Origin: Sarea resinae
Taxonomy: Eukaryota
Reading direction: 5' to 3'
DNA length: 54,908 nucleotides
NCBI GenBank assembly: GCA_026026165.1
Contig: JAPEUD010000030.1
Span: 186,001 to 240,908 of the forward strand
A program made the translations under genes and the position numbers. This document shows, in pieces, positions 37,792-51,440 of this stretch (positions within the stretch are counted from its first letter, which is position 1; each line of letters begins with the position of its first letter). The notes beneath the pieces are model-generated. The model did not search any database and was not told where the DNA came from. It saw only the letters and a list, made by a program, of their open reading frames with translations.

Positions 37792-38055
37792 TCGTTTGCA
37801 AGCGAGCGAATAGAGACGAGCAGAATACTTTGAGAGGACGCCGTGACACGGCAGGCGCTGTCCGGGTAGTATAAAACTCGCAAGCGTTCCGCCTCTCAGC
37901 CATAGCTAGCGTCGACCCCCTTATGGGATTTTCTCAATATCAATACCCCGCGTATAGTCTTTTGAATCGAATACTATCCGCCGATGACCGAAATTGGGTA
38001 TCCACGTTTGCAGAAGTTGAACGAGTAGAACGCCATTAGCCTAATTCAACTCAAC

Positions 38056-39337
38056 TCAACTTCCCAAACTCCCACTGACAAAGACGACAAGAACGGCTGC
38101 ATAGCTGCAAGAACGATGTCATCAGAACAAAAGACACGGAAGCGAGAAGGAAACGAACAACGTACGCGGCAGTGGCGCCAAACACCTCGGCTCTCCTCGC
38201 ATTCGTGAGGATACTCAGCGTGCCGGCGAAGACGACCGTAAAGGCGGCTATCATGCCCAGCCGCGCGCCTTCGTGCCGCACGTAGTACAGCCCGCAGATG
38301 GCGCCGACCAGCAGGATCGCGGACAGGATCACGCTGACGGTCGACACAATCCTGTGCATGAGCTTTTCGGGGAAGTAGTATAGCTCGCCGAGACTACGAG
38401 AGCCGCGGCGGCGGTCCTGGTGGGGGATTTTCTGTTAGCTGTTTCCCCCCTCGGGTTATGTATGTATGTGCCTATGTAAGTGGTGGTAAGGGAGGTAATG
38501 ATAGACAGGGTAAGTACAGGTATAGGTATGATGTTTGGGAACGTGAAAGCAGCAGCTCCGACGACGACGACGACGACAACGACTTACGCGAAAGAAATAG
38601 CCCAGATGATCCTGCATGAATACGGTCAGGCGGTCCTGATCGGGAGTCGTTCTCAACGCGACCAGATCGGCCGCCTCGTCGTACAGATCGCGACTGTATC
38701 CGATCAGGGGCTGCGCATGCTCGAAGGACTGCGTGATGGCATGCCGGACCCGACGGCTGGGGTGCTCGAGATTGAGCACGGCGCTCTGCCGGAGAAGAGC
38801 CTCTTCTGTGGCTCCGATTTAGCCCCTAGAGCAAAATTTCGACGAGGTCAAGAATGAGGATGAGGGAGGAACAACGAAACACCCACGATACTCTTTCAAC
38901 AACGGCCTCAGCCTTAGCACCAGCTCCATGCGCTCTGCGTCCCTCGCACTATCACCGCTTCTAGCCTTGCGCGCAAACGCCTCCCAGCACTGCGCCGCCT
39001 GCATGACGTCGAGATTGCGATGCCTGACCACATCATCGCAGTCGCGAGCATCGCACTCATCCAATGCCGCCTCAAGCTCTAAGATCTCACTCTGCAGGTA
39101 GAGCAGGTTGCGCGCCGCAAGCCGGTCGAAGCGGCGGTAGACCTGCAGGTCGGGGTCGGAGGCCAGGAAGGCGCTGAGGCTTGGATGGCCCTTTAGGTAG
39201 GCTTTGTCGGGTGACTCCTTCGAGAGGCCGCGCACGGTCGCGAGGTCTTCCATCGCGGCGGTTTTGGTGGGAGTGCGGTCGTTGGTGGTGTCGATGTTGA
39301 TGCCGCTTTCGACGTCGGGGGAGAGCGAGAATGCCAT
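38056..39337 (-). CDS. DUF6594-type fungal membrane protein (multi-exon)
   Basis: GHPSLSAFLASDPDLQVYRRFDRLAARNLLYLQSEILELE near the N-terminus. C-terminal TM helices end NARRAEVFGATAA|YAAVLVVFVS. Confidence 0.85.
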
Positions 39338-39772
39338 GTTGCGGGCGGCGGCGGCGACGTTGGCGGCGAGTAGTGCCGATCAATGCTTCGAGTCGAACGT
39401 CATGCAAAGGGAGTGATAGAGACCATCTTGAATATAGCAAATATAGCGCGGAGCCATCTGTGGAGGGCTGAGCTTATTTACTGGGGTATCTTTAGCTTGG
39501 GCCCTCTCGTGTAGTCCGGGGTCCGGGGTCCAGGGTCCAGGGTTCTGCCGTGCCGTCCCCTCAAAGACTCCACGTCTCGTCCCGCGCTCCCGAGAACACA
39601 GCCCTGAGATGAGCGTAAGCACAGCTGTCAGCACACCCACATCACAGCCTCCCCACCGCCCAAATCCAGCTCTGTCCGACCTCCATTTATATCAACCATT
39701 CCATCCGAAAACCACCACTCACTCACCATCTCCAACAGAATTATCGACTATCATCTCTAGTCTCGCGCCATC

Positions 39773-40514
39773 ATGGAGTGCTGCATTGCATTTCCGCGCC
39801 GTAGGAAACACATCCATCTCGACGAGAAGGTCCCTGTTGAGGAAGCGCCGAGGCCCGTACAACTAGTAGACCCAAAGACAGAAGTCACAGAACCAGAGTC
39901 GCGCTTTATCAAACGCCGAGATGCGTCGCCTCCGCGAGCTAGCACGGCCGCCGAATCCTACAGCAGCAGTCTTCTGGATGAGAAAGTCGCGGTCCGCTGC
40001 CCGACTGGCCTCGAGTCGTACTCCCGCACCGAGCAGGAGGAGGAGTCGTATTCGTCGCACCGTCGGACCACCCTTGAGGTGTTACGGGCGCAGTCGCAGA
40101 GCCAGACCACCTTGGAAGCCAGTCCAATCGTAGGAACGGCGGCGTGCCAGACCCAACGGTCCTCGGCCTTCCGGTCCCTGAAGAGGTCTCTGGAGCCTCG
40201 CACCGTTGGATGGGGGAGTCCGGCCTTCTTCAAGAAAATGGGAAAGGGGTCAAAATCGTCGCCTTCGAGTGCTGGTATGTTTACTTCATACAAATGATCA
40301 AGCTCAGTTGGTGACTGATCGTTTCTCCCGATCAGCTTCGAACCCAGCGGCGCTATCGAACTTCGATCTCGGTGCTGAGTTGCAGAAGCGTGAGTATTTC
40401 GATCGCACCATCGGCCTGAGTGAATACGCGGGGGACTACCGTGCCGTGTCCGAGGAGGTGCGGCGGAGAAAAGCTTGGGATGAAGCTTATGGTCGATACC
40501 TAGACGACAGATGA
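39773..40514 (+). CDS. Hypothetical protein (probably spliced near 40275)
   Basis: ORF 39773-40297 has coding-like bias and a GTATGT donor at ~40275, followed by a 3' segment ending AYGRYLDDR*. No domain recognised. Confidence 0.45.
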
Positions 40515-40748
40515 TTTTGAAGGTATTAGACGATGGAGTTCCTTGATGTCCTAGGATACCTCTTCTTTCTTCGATTCTTTGGCATTTCGGTAGGGTATTT
40601 TAACAGGTACGGTTCTGTTCAAACTTGGTCGCATGTCTTAAGACTTTCATTACATCAAATACGTCAAATAAATAGAGAGATCAAAACCCCATTCGGTCGC
40701 GCCGACACGATTAGCCATTTGCCGTCCTCGGTAGCGTACCGCGTCTCC

Positions 40749-41860
40749 CTAATAGAAGTCTCTACACGCCGCATCGCAGAACTCCCAAAATTTCTCTGCG
40801 TTTCCGGTGCCCCCTTCTGTGGGGGTCAAGAAACCCTTCTGGATGTCCTCGGTCACCCGTCCCCAGTTCCCATACGGGATGATGAATCGTTTATAGTCTT
40901 CGACGGTGACCTCGGGCGAGAGCCCGGCAAAGAGTTCCGTATAAGCGCCCTTGTACGTTTCGTCGAGGATGAAAGTGTTCAAAACCAAATTCCAGAGGTA
41001 GTGTAAATCTCGATTCAGCTCCGACTTGAGCGCGCCTGGATGGAGACTCTGCGATTGACATTAGACTTAGCCCGGCAATGCTTGGACGTTCTAGAAAAGT
41101 GGGAAGGTGAACTTACGACCGAGACGATGCCCTGCTCCTTTGCTCTCTTCGCGTATTCATAGGCAAGGTATGCATCTCCAGCCTTGCTCTGACTATAGGT
41201 GGAAAAGACACGCAGGCCAGAGAACCAGGCCGGTTTCGTGTAATTGATGTCGTCGAACTGAATGCCGCCGGCTGGCGCGTACGAGATCACCGCAGAAGAG
41301 AGCCAGACCACACGCACCGAGTTCGGCGGCGACGAGGCTGCCGTCTTCACCAGCAGCGGATGCAAGAAATGGTTCAGAAGGAATGGGCCCAGACAGTTGG
41401 TGCCGAGAGTTTGCTCATGGCCCTGCTTCGTGGTGCCAGTTACCGCCGTCAGGCCCGCATTGTGCCACAAGACGTCCAGCCTGGATTCGCTCTTCAGGAA
41501 CTCCTCCGCTGTGGCCTTGATGGTTGATAGATCGGAGAGATCTAATGGCAGGAACTGTAATTGGCCTGTCGATGAGGGATAGGCCGATTTGAGCTCCTCG
41601 ATGGCATTGCGTCCTTTGTCCGCATTGCGCGCGGCGATGTAGATGGTGCCATTGGCCGCGTAGAGGAATTTGACCAGCTCGAGGCCAATGCCGGAGCTGC
41701 CGCCCGTGACGAGGAAGATCTGCGAATTGAACCAGGTCACGCGTCAGTGAGATCCGATAGCTATGCGATCATCAGCTCATACCTTTCCGCTGAGATCGCC
41801 GAGGTCCTTTTCGGTGAAGCGAGAGGTCGGGTTTCTGAATTGGCTCTGGAAGGCGCCCAT
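40749..41860 (-). CDS. Short-chain dehydrogenase/reductase (retinol-DH/WWOX-like, 3 exons)
   Basis: MGAFQSQF...DLSGK|IFLVTGGSSGIG, LDVLWHNAG, LGTNCLGPFL, catalytic YSQSK, |SLHPG and GAYTELFAGLSPEV. Confidence 0.93.
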
Positions 41861-43377
41861 GGTTGCGATATATTGATTATCCGGATCGTCGAGGCGGGCT
41901 CTTGGTTATGAATGGCTCAGGGGTTAAATTTACTGGAGTGAAGACTAAGTAAGGAGGTAGGTAGGTAGGTGGGCAGGTTGAGAAAGAAGCAACGTGAGAA
42001 GACGCCATCGTGGTTGCTTCTCTACAGGTGTTGATCAATCTACCCCCCTCAGGTACCTTACCTCCCTATCTTGCCTACCTCCCTCTGACCTGCCCACCGG
42101 CGCCGTGGACTTTCGCACATCAATCAGGAACATCGATCATGTCCGCTGCGCAATTAGCAGAAGCGCATGAGGTGTCTCTCTGATCAAGACGGGCCAAGCA
42201 GGCACTAGAGAGGGGGTTTTGCTCTTTGCTGATGGCTCTCATCTCTGTCGCTTTACGTCATAGCGTTGAGATTCAACCTAATTTAGGTAGGTAGGTAGCT
42301 TCTTACCGAATCTGGTGATTAGCGACAGAGAGACGGCAGTGATAGTACTCGTAGCAGTGATAGTACTCCGGAGTAATTCAGTAGTTGGTAAGAGTGGGCG
42401 GTCATTCGATGCCAAAGAGGCCCCCAGTCATGAAGTAGTTCGTACAACAGCCCTCGCCTTACTTATCACTGTAATCGGGTCTCATGCCCTCAGGTTCTCA
42501 GGCTCTTACTGAAGTACTGAAGTATGGTCTCATGCTCTCATGCTCTCACCATCTCGTGATCGCCTCGTTCTCGTGTCGATGACGGCCAAGTCCGTCGGTC
42601 CCGTATGCTGATCTCTCGCTTGCGGTGCTCGACATAGCCACACCGACCACATCGATTTGCCGTTCTAAATACAAATACGAAGCCGCTCCCCGCCTTTTGG
42701 AGCCCAAGGACCCTGAAACCCTAGGACTCTCGAGCGGAACCACTCAACGGCCTCAATTGCTACTGGTGGTCTTGGCACTGCTATCGATATGATGATCTTC
42801 TATCGACTCGATTGACTCACGAGACCCCAATGCCGACGACGATCCGAGGCCACCATAGGCCAGGTTTTGCCTCTTCAAGCGTCGAAGAATTGCTCTTATT
42901 GCTATTGCTGCTATTGCTGCTATTGCTGCCGACGCTTTCCATTGCTACCACGTAGTACGGAGTATGCTCTAGCCGATGCATGACGCTATAATCGTGTTCT
43001 CTCGACGGAGAATTTTCAATGACACTCCCTTATTTAGCATCACTCCAACTGCATTTGCTCTAGGCCATCTGCACCACACGAGCGGTCTCATCATGAGTCG
43101 ATGCGTCAGCCACGACTGCATGGCCGATGATCCAGTGGCAGGCGTACCTGCTTGGAGCGGTAGAGGCAGAGACCAATGGTGAGGTCGTACGCCGTAGAGA
43201 AAAAACACGAGAAGAGACGTCATCGTTATGGGCATCCATGGCCTCATGTCCGGTCGCTGTCTTTGGTCTCGACTAAGAGACCCAGCATAGCACAGCACAG
43301 CAGATGACGATTCAGCCCCGTTAACACGGACACATCGTCTTCTATAAAGTTGAGTCTGTCCTTGTTTGTTTACTGCT

Positions 43378-43380
43378 CAT

Positions 43381-43425
<45 letters not shown>
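43378..43425. repeat. (CAT)n microsatellite in a putative 5' UTR
   Basis: About 15 units just downstream of TATAAA (~43343). Confidence 0.95.
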
Positions 43426-43609
43426 GTCGCCGCAGACAACCGACATACAAAGACTCTATTGCCCGTACCTTCTACCAGCCTAGCTTTTATCAATCAGTGC
43501 AAGGTCTTGCCTACTCTCTTCAAACTTTCAAGCATCACTCTACTCGACAACCTATTCAACCAGGCCTCACCTACCGTCTATACCAACATCATCACTACCC
43601 AATACCACA

Positions 43610-44082
43610 ATGCTGGTTCGTCTCCCTGTGCTCGTCCCCTTCCCTCATGCCACCCCACCACACCTCACCACTTACACCTCTCTTCACAGGCCAAACTACT
43701 ACCCCTTCTCTCCCTCCTCACCCTCGGCCTCTCCGCCCCGACCCCGTCTCCAGACAGCATCATCCCGTGGAGTTCAGTGCCCTTCACCGTCTCGGTGCAA
43801 GTCTACCCAGGCCACAGCTGCAATGACACGTCGCTATCCCAATACGAACTGCACCTGACGGAATGCCAAACACTGACCTACGGGCCGGGCGAGTCCTTTC
43901 GCGTCGTCACCGACATCCCCGACGACTGGCAGCTCTACGCCTACTCTAGCGACGATTGTACCGGCGGCACCTACGACGTCGCCATCCCGCCCTACGCCAA
44001 CGCCAGCACCTGCTATATCACCGGTGTCACTCAGGGCACCGCCGGCCAGAGCAACAGTGCCGTCTTCAAGTATATCGGCTAA
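43610..44082 (+). CDS. Small secreted 4-Cys protein (~132 aa; 6-nt first coding exon, intron 43616-43689)
   Basis: ML|AKLLPLLSLLTLGLSA signal peptide, then VQVYPGHSC...TEC...LYAYSSDDC...STC. C-biased codons. Confidence 0.78.
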
Positions 44083-45495
44083 GCTGGGCTAGGCTGAACT
44101 CGAGACTAGGATTGGACTGGATCGAGACGAATTGCGACATGCGTTATGATGGCACGGCTTGATGGTTTAGCCTTTTCTTTCCCATGCGGTTCAAAATTTC
44201 ATCCTCATCATGAGCGACGGCTTGCTAGCTACATGGGATTGTTACGTTTTGTTATTGCTCTTGGCGCTACCACTGCATTGAATCCCTCTGTTCCGCTTGC
44301 TCTCCGTTCTCCGGTCTGTTTACTTCCTTTCATCTCACTTGCACTACACTCCTATACCAATACCGATACCACACGAAAGCAATTTAATTACATATTCACG
44401 ACTATCCCTTTTCCCTGACTTGAGTCTCAAAATCGTGGCATCTCTAGCATTTTTGACAATTCGAACATCGCATGGTATATTTCATAAGATAATGTATGAT
44501 ACGGACGGATATGAACAGAGATTATGAAAAGGGAAAAGGAAAACGATCCAAGTTCCCTACCATAACCATCACCACCACCAGCTAAGCTGAGAGAAATGCA
44601 AAGCCTCAGCGACGGAAAAGTCAAACAAACAACTATAGACACTCTCTATTCCAGGGGTGCTCGTATTCACGCAATCCTAAAAATTTCTTCCCGTCCTATA
44701 CATCCAAGCGACCAAAGGCTCAAATAGCGTTGAATCCTTCGCACGCCGCACCGCGTCATGGTACATCACACTGCACCACATCTTCCGCCGCAGCTTCAGC
44801 ATCCGCCTTACTCACGCTTACAGACATGAAGCTGACTTCATTAGTCACGGACAAGCGACCCTCACAGAAGGACGAAGGGGGGGGAAAAGGCGGGCACAAG
44901 AGCGATCGATGATAGCAGATGAACAACAGCGACGAAAAGCGGCAAAGCGGCGAAAGGGGCACTGCAACGCTTCAATCAGATTGCGATGGCAGTCGGTCGG
45001 TAGACAGATGGTAAGTGGACATCAAAAAAATCCGCGAGCGAGAGGAAGACTAAAGCGGCACAGCAAGCCCAATTCTTTCGGGCCTAAGCCCAGACCTAGT
45101 TCATCTGGCCGACCTTGTACTTTTGCGTCCGCGTTGGCCTCGAGGAAAGAAAACAGACATCGATGCTGGGCCCCCCTCCCGATGGTATGATTCAATGTTT
45201 AAATGGAACGTCGGAAGTGGACAATGGGGGCGGACTATGTCGATGGCTTGGATGCTTGGGTCAGGAGAGGGTAAGAATAAACAGAACTGAATTTATCGTC
45301 GAATTGGAAAATGGATCAGGATAGGGAGTGAGGCGATGATTGATGACTTGATATATGGATGGCCAACGACATGGTCATCGTCGCGTCGCGTCGCGTCGTG
45401 TCGGGGTTTGCCGAAGCTGGTAATCAAGGAAAATCGCATGCCTTGCCCTGTTCCGGCACACACCCTCTGACATTGATTCACCCATTGCGATCAAT

Positions 45496-46500
45496 TCACT
45501 TCGTTAGGAAACCGAGATAATCCGCCACGATGAGAGTCACCATGCTAAAACGAGTATCGTCAGCAAATACAATACTGACCTGCGATAAGAAGGAGACTCA
45601 CGCATGCGGCGCAATCCTGACATAATACGTGCCGAACCCACGATAGAACCTCAACAGCCCCTCGTCTCTAGCGACCTTTTTGAAACAATCCACCATGCTC
45701 TTATATGGCAGGGTGCCATCGGGCCTCTTCTGCTGCTTTTGGAGGCGCGTCTTGACGAAATCGAAGGGAAGCGAGAAGAACGAGGCAAAGAAGCCGGCAA
45801 TCGCTGAAGCCGTCAACGTCTGCGACCTCGTAGACAGAGACGTCCGCGACTTGAGCTGGTTCTTGGCTTCGGAGAAAAAGGCGAGTTGGCCGAAATTGAG
45901 CGCCATGGCCCGCACGACGGTTGGTGTGGCTCCAGCCCACAAGGAGAAAATCCCTTCGGATTTGGTGATACGGGCCAGGGCGTCGAAGACGCTGCGATAG
46001 TGAGCGCGCTCGGCAGCCGGCTTGAGTCCATCGCTCTGCATTCGGATGAGCGTCAGGTCGGCGGGGTTACCAGCCATGGCGGCAAGACCACCAGCGATCA
46101 AACCCGCACCCGCGCGTTCGCCGAATCCAACCGTCGTGCCTTTGGCCTCGGCACGTTTGCCCAGCGTGATCATAAAGCTATCGAAGATGCCCAGCCGCGC
46201 CGTCGTATAGACTGCCTGCCGGAGTAGTCCCGCGCTCAAGCCCGTATACAGATCCAGCACCTTGCCGCTGGCAATGATGTCCTTGGTCACTTGCAGAGCA
46301 CCGGGTCGGGGTCCTCCTTTGGCACCCTCACCCGCCAGCTGCAGCCGTACTTTGACCATGTCGACGGGCTGGATGCACGTCGTGGCCGTCATGCCTGCGA
46401 CACCGCCATTGAAAAAGGGCAGAATGGTGCGCACCCACGGCTGGTGCAGGAAGTCGGTCTTGACCTCTTTGGCGGTGTCGACCGCGCTTGAAGAGGACAT
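45496..46500 (-). CDS. Mitochondrial carrier, 2-oxoglutarate/malate (di/tricarboxylate) type
   Basis: Three carrier signatures QPVDMVKVRLQ, NPADLTLIRMQ and LPFDFVKTRLQ, plus LLRQAVYTTARLG and YYVRIAPHA|MVTLIVADYLGFLTK*. Confidence 0.95.
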
Positions 46501-48781
46501 GATCGCAGTCGGTGGTATATGTCGCAGCGAGGAGTTACCGTCTCAGCAATGAGGGCACAATTCCGAGGCACAGCAGCGGCTCGTACACAATCGAGACAAT
46601 GTATTATATATGAATTCTATCGACGAAAATGCCAGTCAGTAAACGAAAAGCCACGAAAAAAAGCAAAAGCGTAAATTGCAATTCAGGGCCCATCACATCA
46701 TATCACCGCCGAACCACGGACTGCAGCTACCAACGACAACGCTGTCATGGCTGTGGCCACGTCCAAGGTCCGGCGAAGACGAAGATAAGTCGGGTGGCAG
46801 TTTTGTGCTAAGGTTGGATGGGCATTGTTTGGTGTCGAAAGGGTTCACTTACGTAATGCGAGCGTTTAAGCTTCAAGCTTCCCCGCGCGCGAGGTAGGTG
46901 GGTGGGGCGATCACAACAACAATGACGACCGTGCTATGGACGACAGTGACGACGACGACGACGATGTTGGTGATGATGAGAATCCTCGAGAGGATGTAAC
47001 AATGGATGGAATGTTCGACACGGCACAGATATATATCGTCTAGGTGTTAGATGTAAGATGTAAGGTGTAAAGCATGTCCGGTCATTGTAAAGTATAGGAT
47101 AGTAATCAGGATGGCAATGAGCATTGGAAGCTTGTGACTCGATGAGTGGGTAGGTAAGTGTCAGGACGAATGGAACCCTAAGGTAGATGAACTGGGCAAT
47201 GGCAGCTCTTGGTATCCATGGCGTCACAACAGGCATAATATAGCGGGAGTACGGGATACAGCCACGCTACCAAATACGGCAAGTATGAAATGGAACATTG
47301 AAAAGCCACTTTAGCATCTACTCGACTTTTTGCACTCGTGCTGCTCGTGCTTCTGCTTGCAGCTCGTGCTTGTGCTCGTCCCCCCTCCCCCTCTCGCTTC
47401 CTTTGTGCGCACTGTTCCTTTGCGCGCCCTGCATTTTGCATCGCCAACTCCATGTGGCATCCACACGGTGGAACTTGATCTTGGAACCTAGGTCCATTTA
47501 CGGGCTCGCGGAGAATCAAAATGCCGCTCAACCGACTCCCTCAGGTCCTCTCTACACGGCGTAATCGTCGAATACGGGGACAGACAGCTGCTCCTGTCCC
47601 TATCCTCCGCGTCATTTTGAGGGTCCAAGAATGTGAACAAAGGCTCTTAGGTGAGGATTGCTTTCCTGCTCTATCGCCTTTTCACTTTGGCAGTATGATC
47701 TACGGTAGTGCCAAGAGAAACAGCTTCGATGCTGACCTTTGCCTACCGCTCCCTTGGTCGTGACGACTGTACTCTTACTCTGAGGAACCCCGCCGTACCA
47801 AAGGCCCCGCCCGCTACAAGGTTTAGGGCGAAGATCACTCCGGTCCCCTCGGTACGACTGCAAATCTCCATTAGCCGGGCTTCGGCTGTTGCTCGACCAT
47901 AGGTACCTAGGTACACATACCCGACGTGCGGAGCGGAGAGTTCGGGTACTTACGGGCAGAGGGGAGACGTCTCCGTCGAGTGAGTGTTGTGCCAAGTGCA
48001 CGCCCGCTCACTCTAGGTGTTTTGCCCGTGCGTTCCGCTGAACACTACTACTGCGATGGAGCGGGCGATCTGGGGTTCCGCACGAGGGATCGGGATGAGT
48101 AGGAGATTGCTTCATTGGAGCAGAGTATCAGAAGGAAGAAATGAGCTTCATTGTCTAAGGTGAAACGACTGGGTTTGGCCCTATCGGGGGAGAAATGATA
48201 TACCCCACATTGTGCTCGATTGCTCGCTTGCTCGATGTTCGATTGGGCAATGACAATGATAAGAGTAGTCAGTGTGATGATGATGATGATGAAGGTTTTG
48301 ATTGCTTTTACATATCAATCGTGTTCGTAGGTATCGACGAAGCTTCGCGATGTTCATAACTACTGTACGCGAATTGTTTGGGGGAGGATATTGCACACTG
48401 TGCAAAGGGCCCAACAATGGCGGCATATCATGTTCTTGTTCATGTCATGCTATGCTGAGGCAGAGCGGCACAGTTGTGTTCCTGGGCTTCTCAGTACAAT
48501 TCCTTGAACCCGCATGGGTAATTCGATCCCTATCATAGCTTCTATATTTCCGAAGCCCGATAGGCGGGCAGCACCTGAAACCCGGGATATAAGACGTTCA
48601 GATATACGAGCTCGTATTTGATAACAAAGGCCTGGCGGGTGATCCCAGGTAAATGGTGGGAAGTGTGCAGCTCGATACAATATCACCCGCTCCTGTTGAT
48701 GAATCATACCAGCAATAGCCGTACAAACTCCACGCCTTTTCGCTCCCGCTTTTCTTCCATTCCTGCCCTCGTGACTCTACG

Positions 48782-50207
48782 CTACAAGTCCGACGCCTGC
48801 GTCCCCGGCACAAGCACTGATGCCCCTCTCGCAGAACTGGCAAGTCTCTCCGCTTTGACCCTAGGCGACTCCGAATCGTCGAGGTTGCCGTGGTAGCTGG
48901 AGAGCTCTTCGGCATTGGCTGCTGGGCTATCTTCCTCACTTCGTTCGTCGTCCGAGCCGACCTCTTGGTTGTCTTGCGCGGCTAGAATACGCTTGACGCG
49001 CCGGATAAGGACTTGGTCCGTGTAGAGGTCGTTGGCCGAGAGCATCTAGAGGGGCAGTCCAATGAGCATTACTCCCGAAGTGCATATCGAGGCTGTATCG
49101 GCCAAAAGAAAAACTCACCTGCTCACAGACGGGACATTGAACAACCTTCTCACCATCCCGAGCTCCCCTCCTACCGGAACCCCCAACTTTGACTTTGCTT
49201 CTGCTTATCATTTCCATAATTGCTTCTCTTTCGAAGCTGTGAGGACATTTTCGGCTGGTGACGGGGTCCTTGAAAGGTTGTTGGGTCAGGGGACATCTGA
49301 TCGAGATACGTTCGCGGGCAATGGCAACATCGTCGTCGCCGTCATCATTTTCGTTTGCATCTCGGCGCCGAGAGGCGCGCCCTCTTCCACCAACCTCGGA
49401 AGACGATGGAGCGTCGAACCAGGTTGATGGGTTGGGTAGCGGAGGCGCATCTTCTCCTGGATTACGGGCATCGTGGAGGATCTTCTTGAAGCCAATATAG
49501 TCGTTATGTTGGGCGTATCTAGGTTCGAGTTTTAATTAGTTGAAGTCATCGCCGTTCAGAAACATGTCATACCGGTCTCGCATGGACAGATTCTCATATT
49601 GTGCCGTCTGCTTCTGGATCTTATCCAGAAACATTGTACTCGGTAGAATAGTATCCTCGTTGGTGACATCGTCGACGAAGCTTTGGTAATTCTCGTCGCC
49701 GTCGTCTTCATCATCAGACCCGTATCTCGTCCTCTGCGTACTCCGCTGCTGTGTCGCGCCAATACCGGACCCCGCATTCGCAGCCACCTCTCTCAAGGCG
49801 CCCTCCAACGCCTCTACTGCAGCCTGCACATCGATGAGTTTCCTGGTCCCCTGCTCCATCTCTTCCGTCATACTCTCCACCCTCTGCGTCAGCTCTTCAA
49901 CCTCCTTATCCTTCTTCGCCTCCTCTTCGAGATCCACGTCATGGCCTTCGATACGTGCTTTGTGCTTCTCGTGCTGGGCCAGCTTCTGCGTCAGCCTGTC
50001 ATTGACCTCACCAGCGGTCCGCGCGAGGAGTTCGTTGGCTGATCTGATGTGCTCGTTGGTTTTCTGGAGCGAGTGCTTCTCCAGAAGAGCGGCAAGAGCG
50101 CGCTGGCCCGAGGCGTTGAGCGGATGCGTGGACGCTTCATATGGCGGGAGTTGAGCCACTTCTCGCGCAGGCCGAGGCGCTGTCGACTGTCGCGGACGAA
50201 AAGACAT
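48782..50207 (-). CDS. NSE2: Smc5/6 SUMO E3 ligase Nse2/Mms21 (SP-RING, 3 exons)
   Basis: Coiled-coil N-terminus, R|YAQHNDYIGFKKILHDA, SP-RING CPLTQQPFKDPVTSRKCPHSFEKEAI...QCPVCEQ|MLSANDL. Confidence 0.9.
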
Positions 50208-51224
50208 GAAGGACTGATTTGTTGAGGGATGTGAGAAATATTGTGATAATCGTTGTGGGTCGTGATGTGAAGTGAGGCTCGGAAGACGCGACGCGTTTGA
50301 CGAAATCTTATCGCGCCACGCTCGTCAATCTTAGTCAGCCGCTTCAAGCTTGGTAGTCAGAACCAACTCGCTCTAGCAGCTAGGAATCAACACTGTTGTT
50401 TTGTCTGTAAATATACAGTGAAAGAATCCACTGTGTGCTTTGTACTAGCTAGACTATATTTGCTGTTATATTAATGCATTATAATATTCCTGCACTCTTT
50501 TGCTTCTTTAAAGTAAATACTTGTAACACGTTAGGCTAATAATAACTTTCTATTCTCTTTCTCTAAGATAATATTGCTGTTGCTTCTACAGTCCTTACTC
50601 TAGCTTAGACAGACTTAGAAGCCACTTGACTTTTCTAACCTAAACTTTGTTTAGATACCTATAAATCTTAGAATTAAAGAGGAGACTATTCTAGGCTACA
50701 TTACTACCTAGTACTATCCTACTTATATAGAAGAAATCTTTAAAGAATAATATTAACTTGTTAGAAAATTAGGATTTAGAGCTAGCTTAACTATATAGCT
50801 TATATAGAATATAAAGTGAGATCTCTACTTACACACTATAATTACAGCTGCTGTTGTTATATTACTCTAACTGTATTGCAGGTCGCTATTCTACTAGGAT
50901 TATATAGTATGTACCTAGTATATTCTCTTACTACTGCTGTCTAATTAGCTAGCCTAGCTAGTAGAAAGTAGGATTGCACTAAGTAGGATTGCAATTTAAA
51001 AAGGGTTGCTAAACCTTGCTTTTTTCGCTGCCTGCTAGATCTCTAACCCTTTAAGAGTAACCTTTCTATACAACTTAATTAATTCTCTCCTACTATTAAG
51101 GCTGTTTAGGCCTGCTAAACTCTCTAGAGTTACTTAACCTTAGTTAGAGCTACTTTTAACTTGTACTCTAACTGTATTACAACTGTGTGACTAAGCAAGC
51201 TAGTAAGCACACCTTAAGTAACTG

Positions 51225-51440
51225 CTATATATAACCTCTTAGGTAACTCTTTATAGTATCTCTAAGTAACTCTCTAAGTAACCTCTTATAGTATCTCTAA
51301 GTAACTCTCTAAAGAACCTCTTATAGTATCTCTAGGTAACTCTATATAATATCTCTAAGTAACTCTAAGTAACTCTTTAAGTAACTCTCTATATAAACCC
51401 TAGGTAACTCTTATAGCACTCTTAAGTAACGCCTTATATA
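51225..51440. repeat. Degenerate tandem array of ~12-bp units (TAAGTAACTCTC / TATAGTATCTC)
   Basis: Directly visible within the RIP block. Confidence 0.8.

Noticed and set aside
36441..41860. Oxygenase + DUF6594 + SDR as a secondary-metabolite cluster
   Set aside because: No PKS, NRPS, terpene or RiPP backbone gene in the window, and the oxygenase is disrupted.
43350..43826. Poly-His/poly-Ile ORFs
   Set aside because: Artefacts of the (CAT)n tract upstream of the real spliced gene.
50570..50600. Minus-strand DCRS as a RIPed retropepsin DxG motif
   Set aside because: Lacks the preceding hydrophobic strand; not supportable.
51225..51440. Repeat array as CRISPR-like
   Set aside because: Eukaryotic context, no unique spacers and no cas genes; it is a degenerate tandem repeat.
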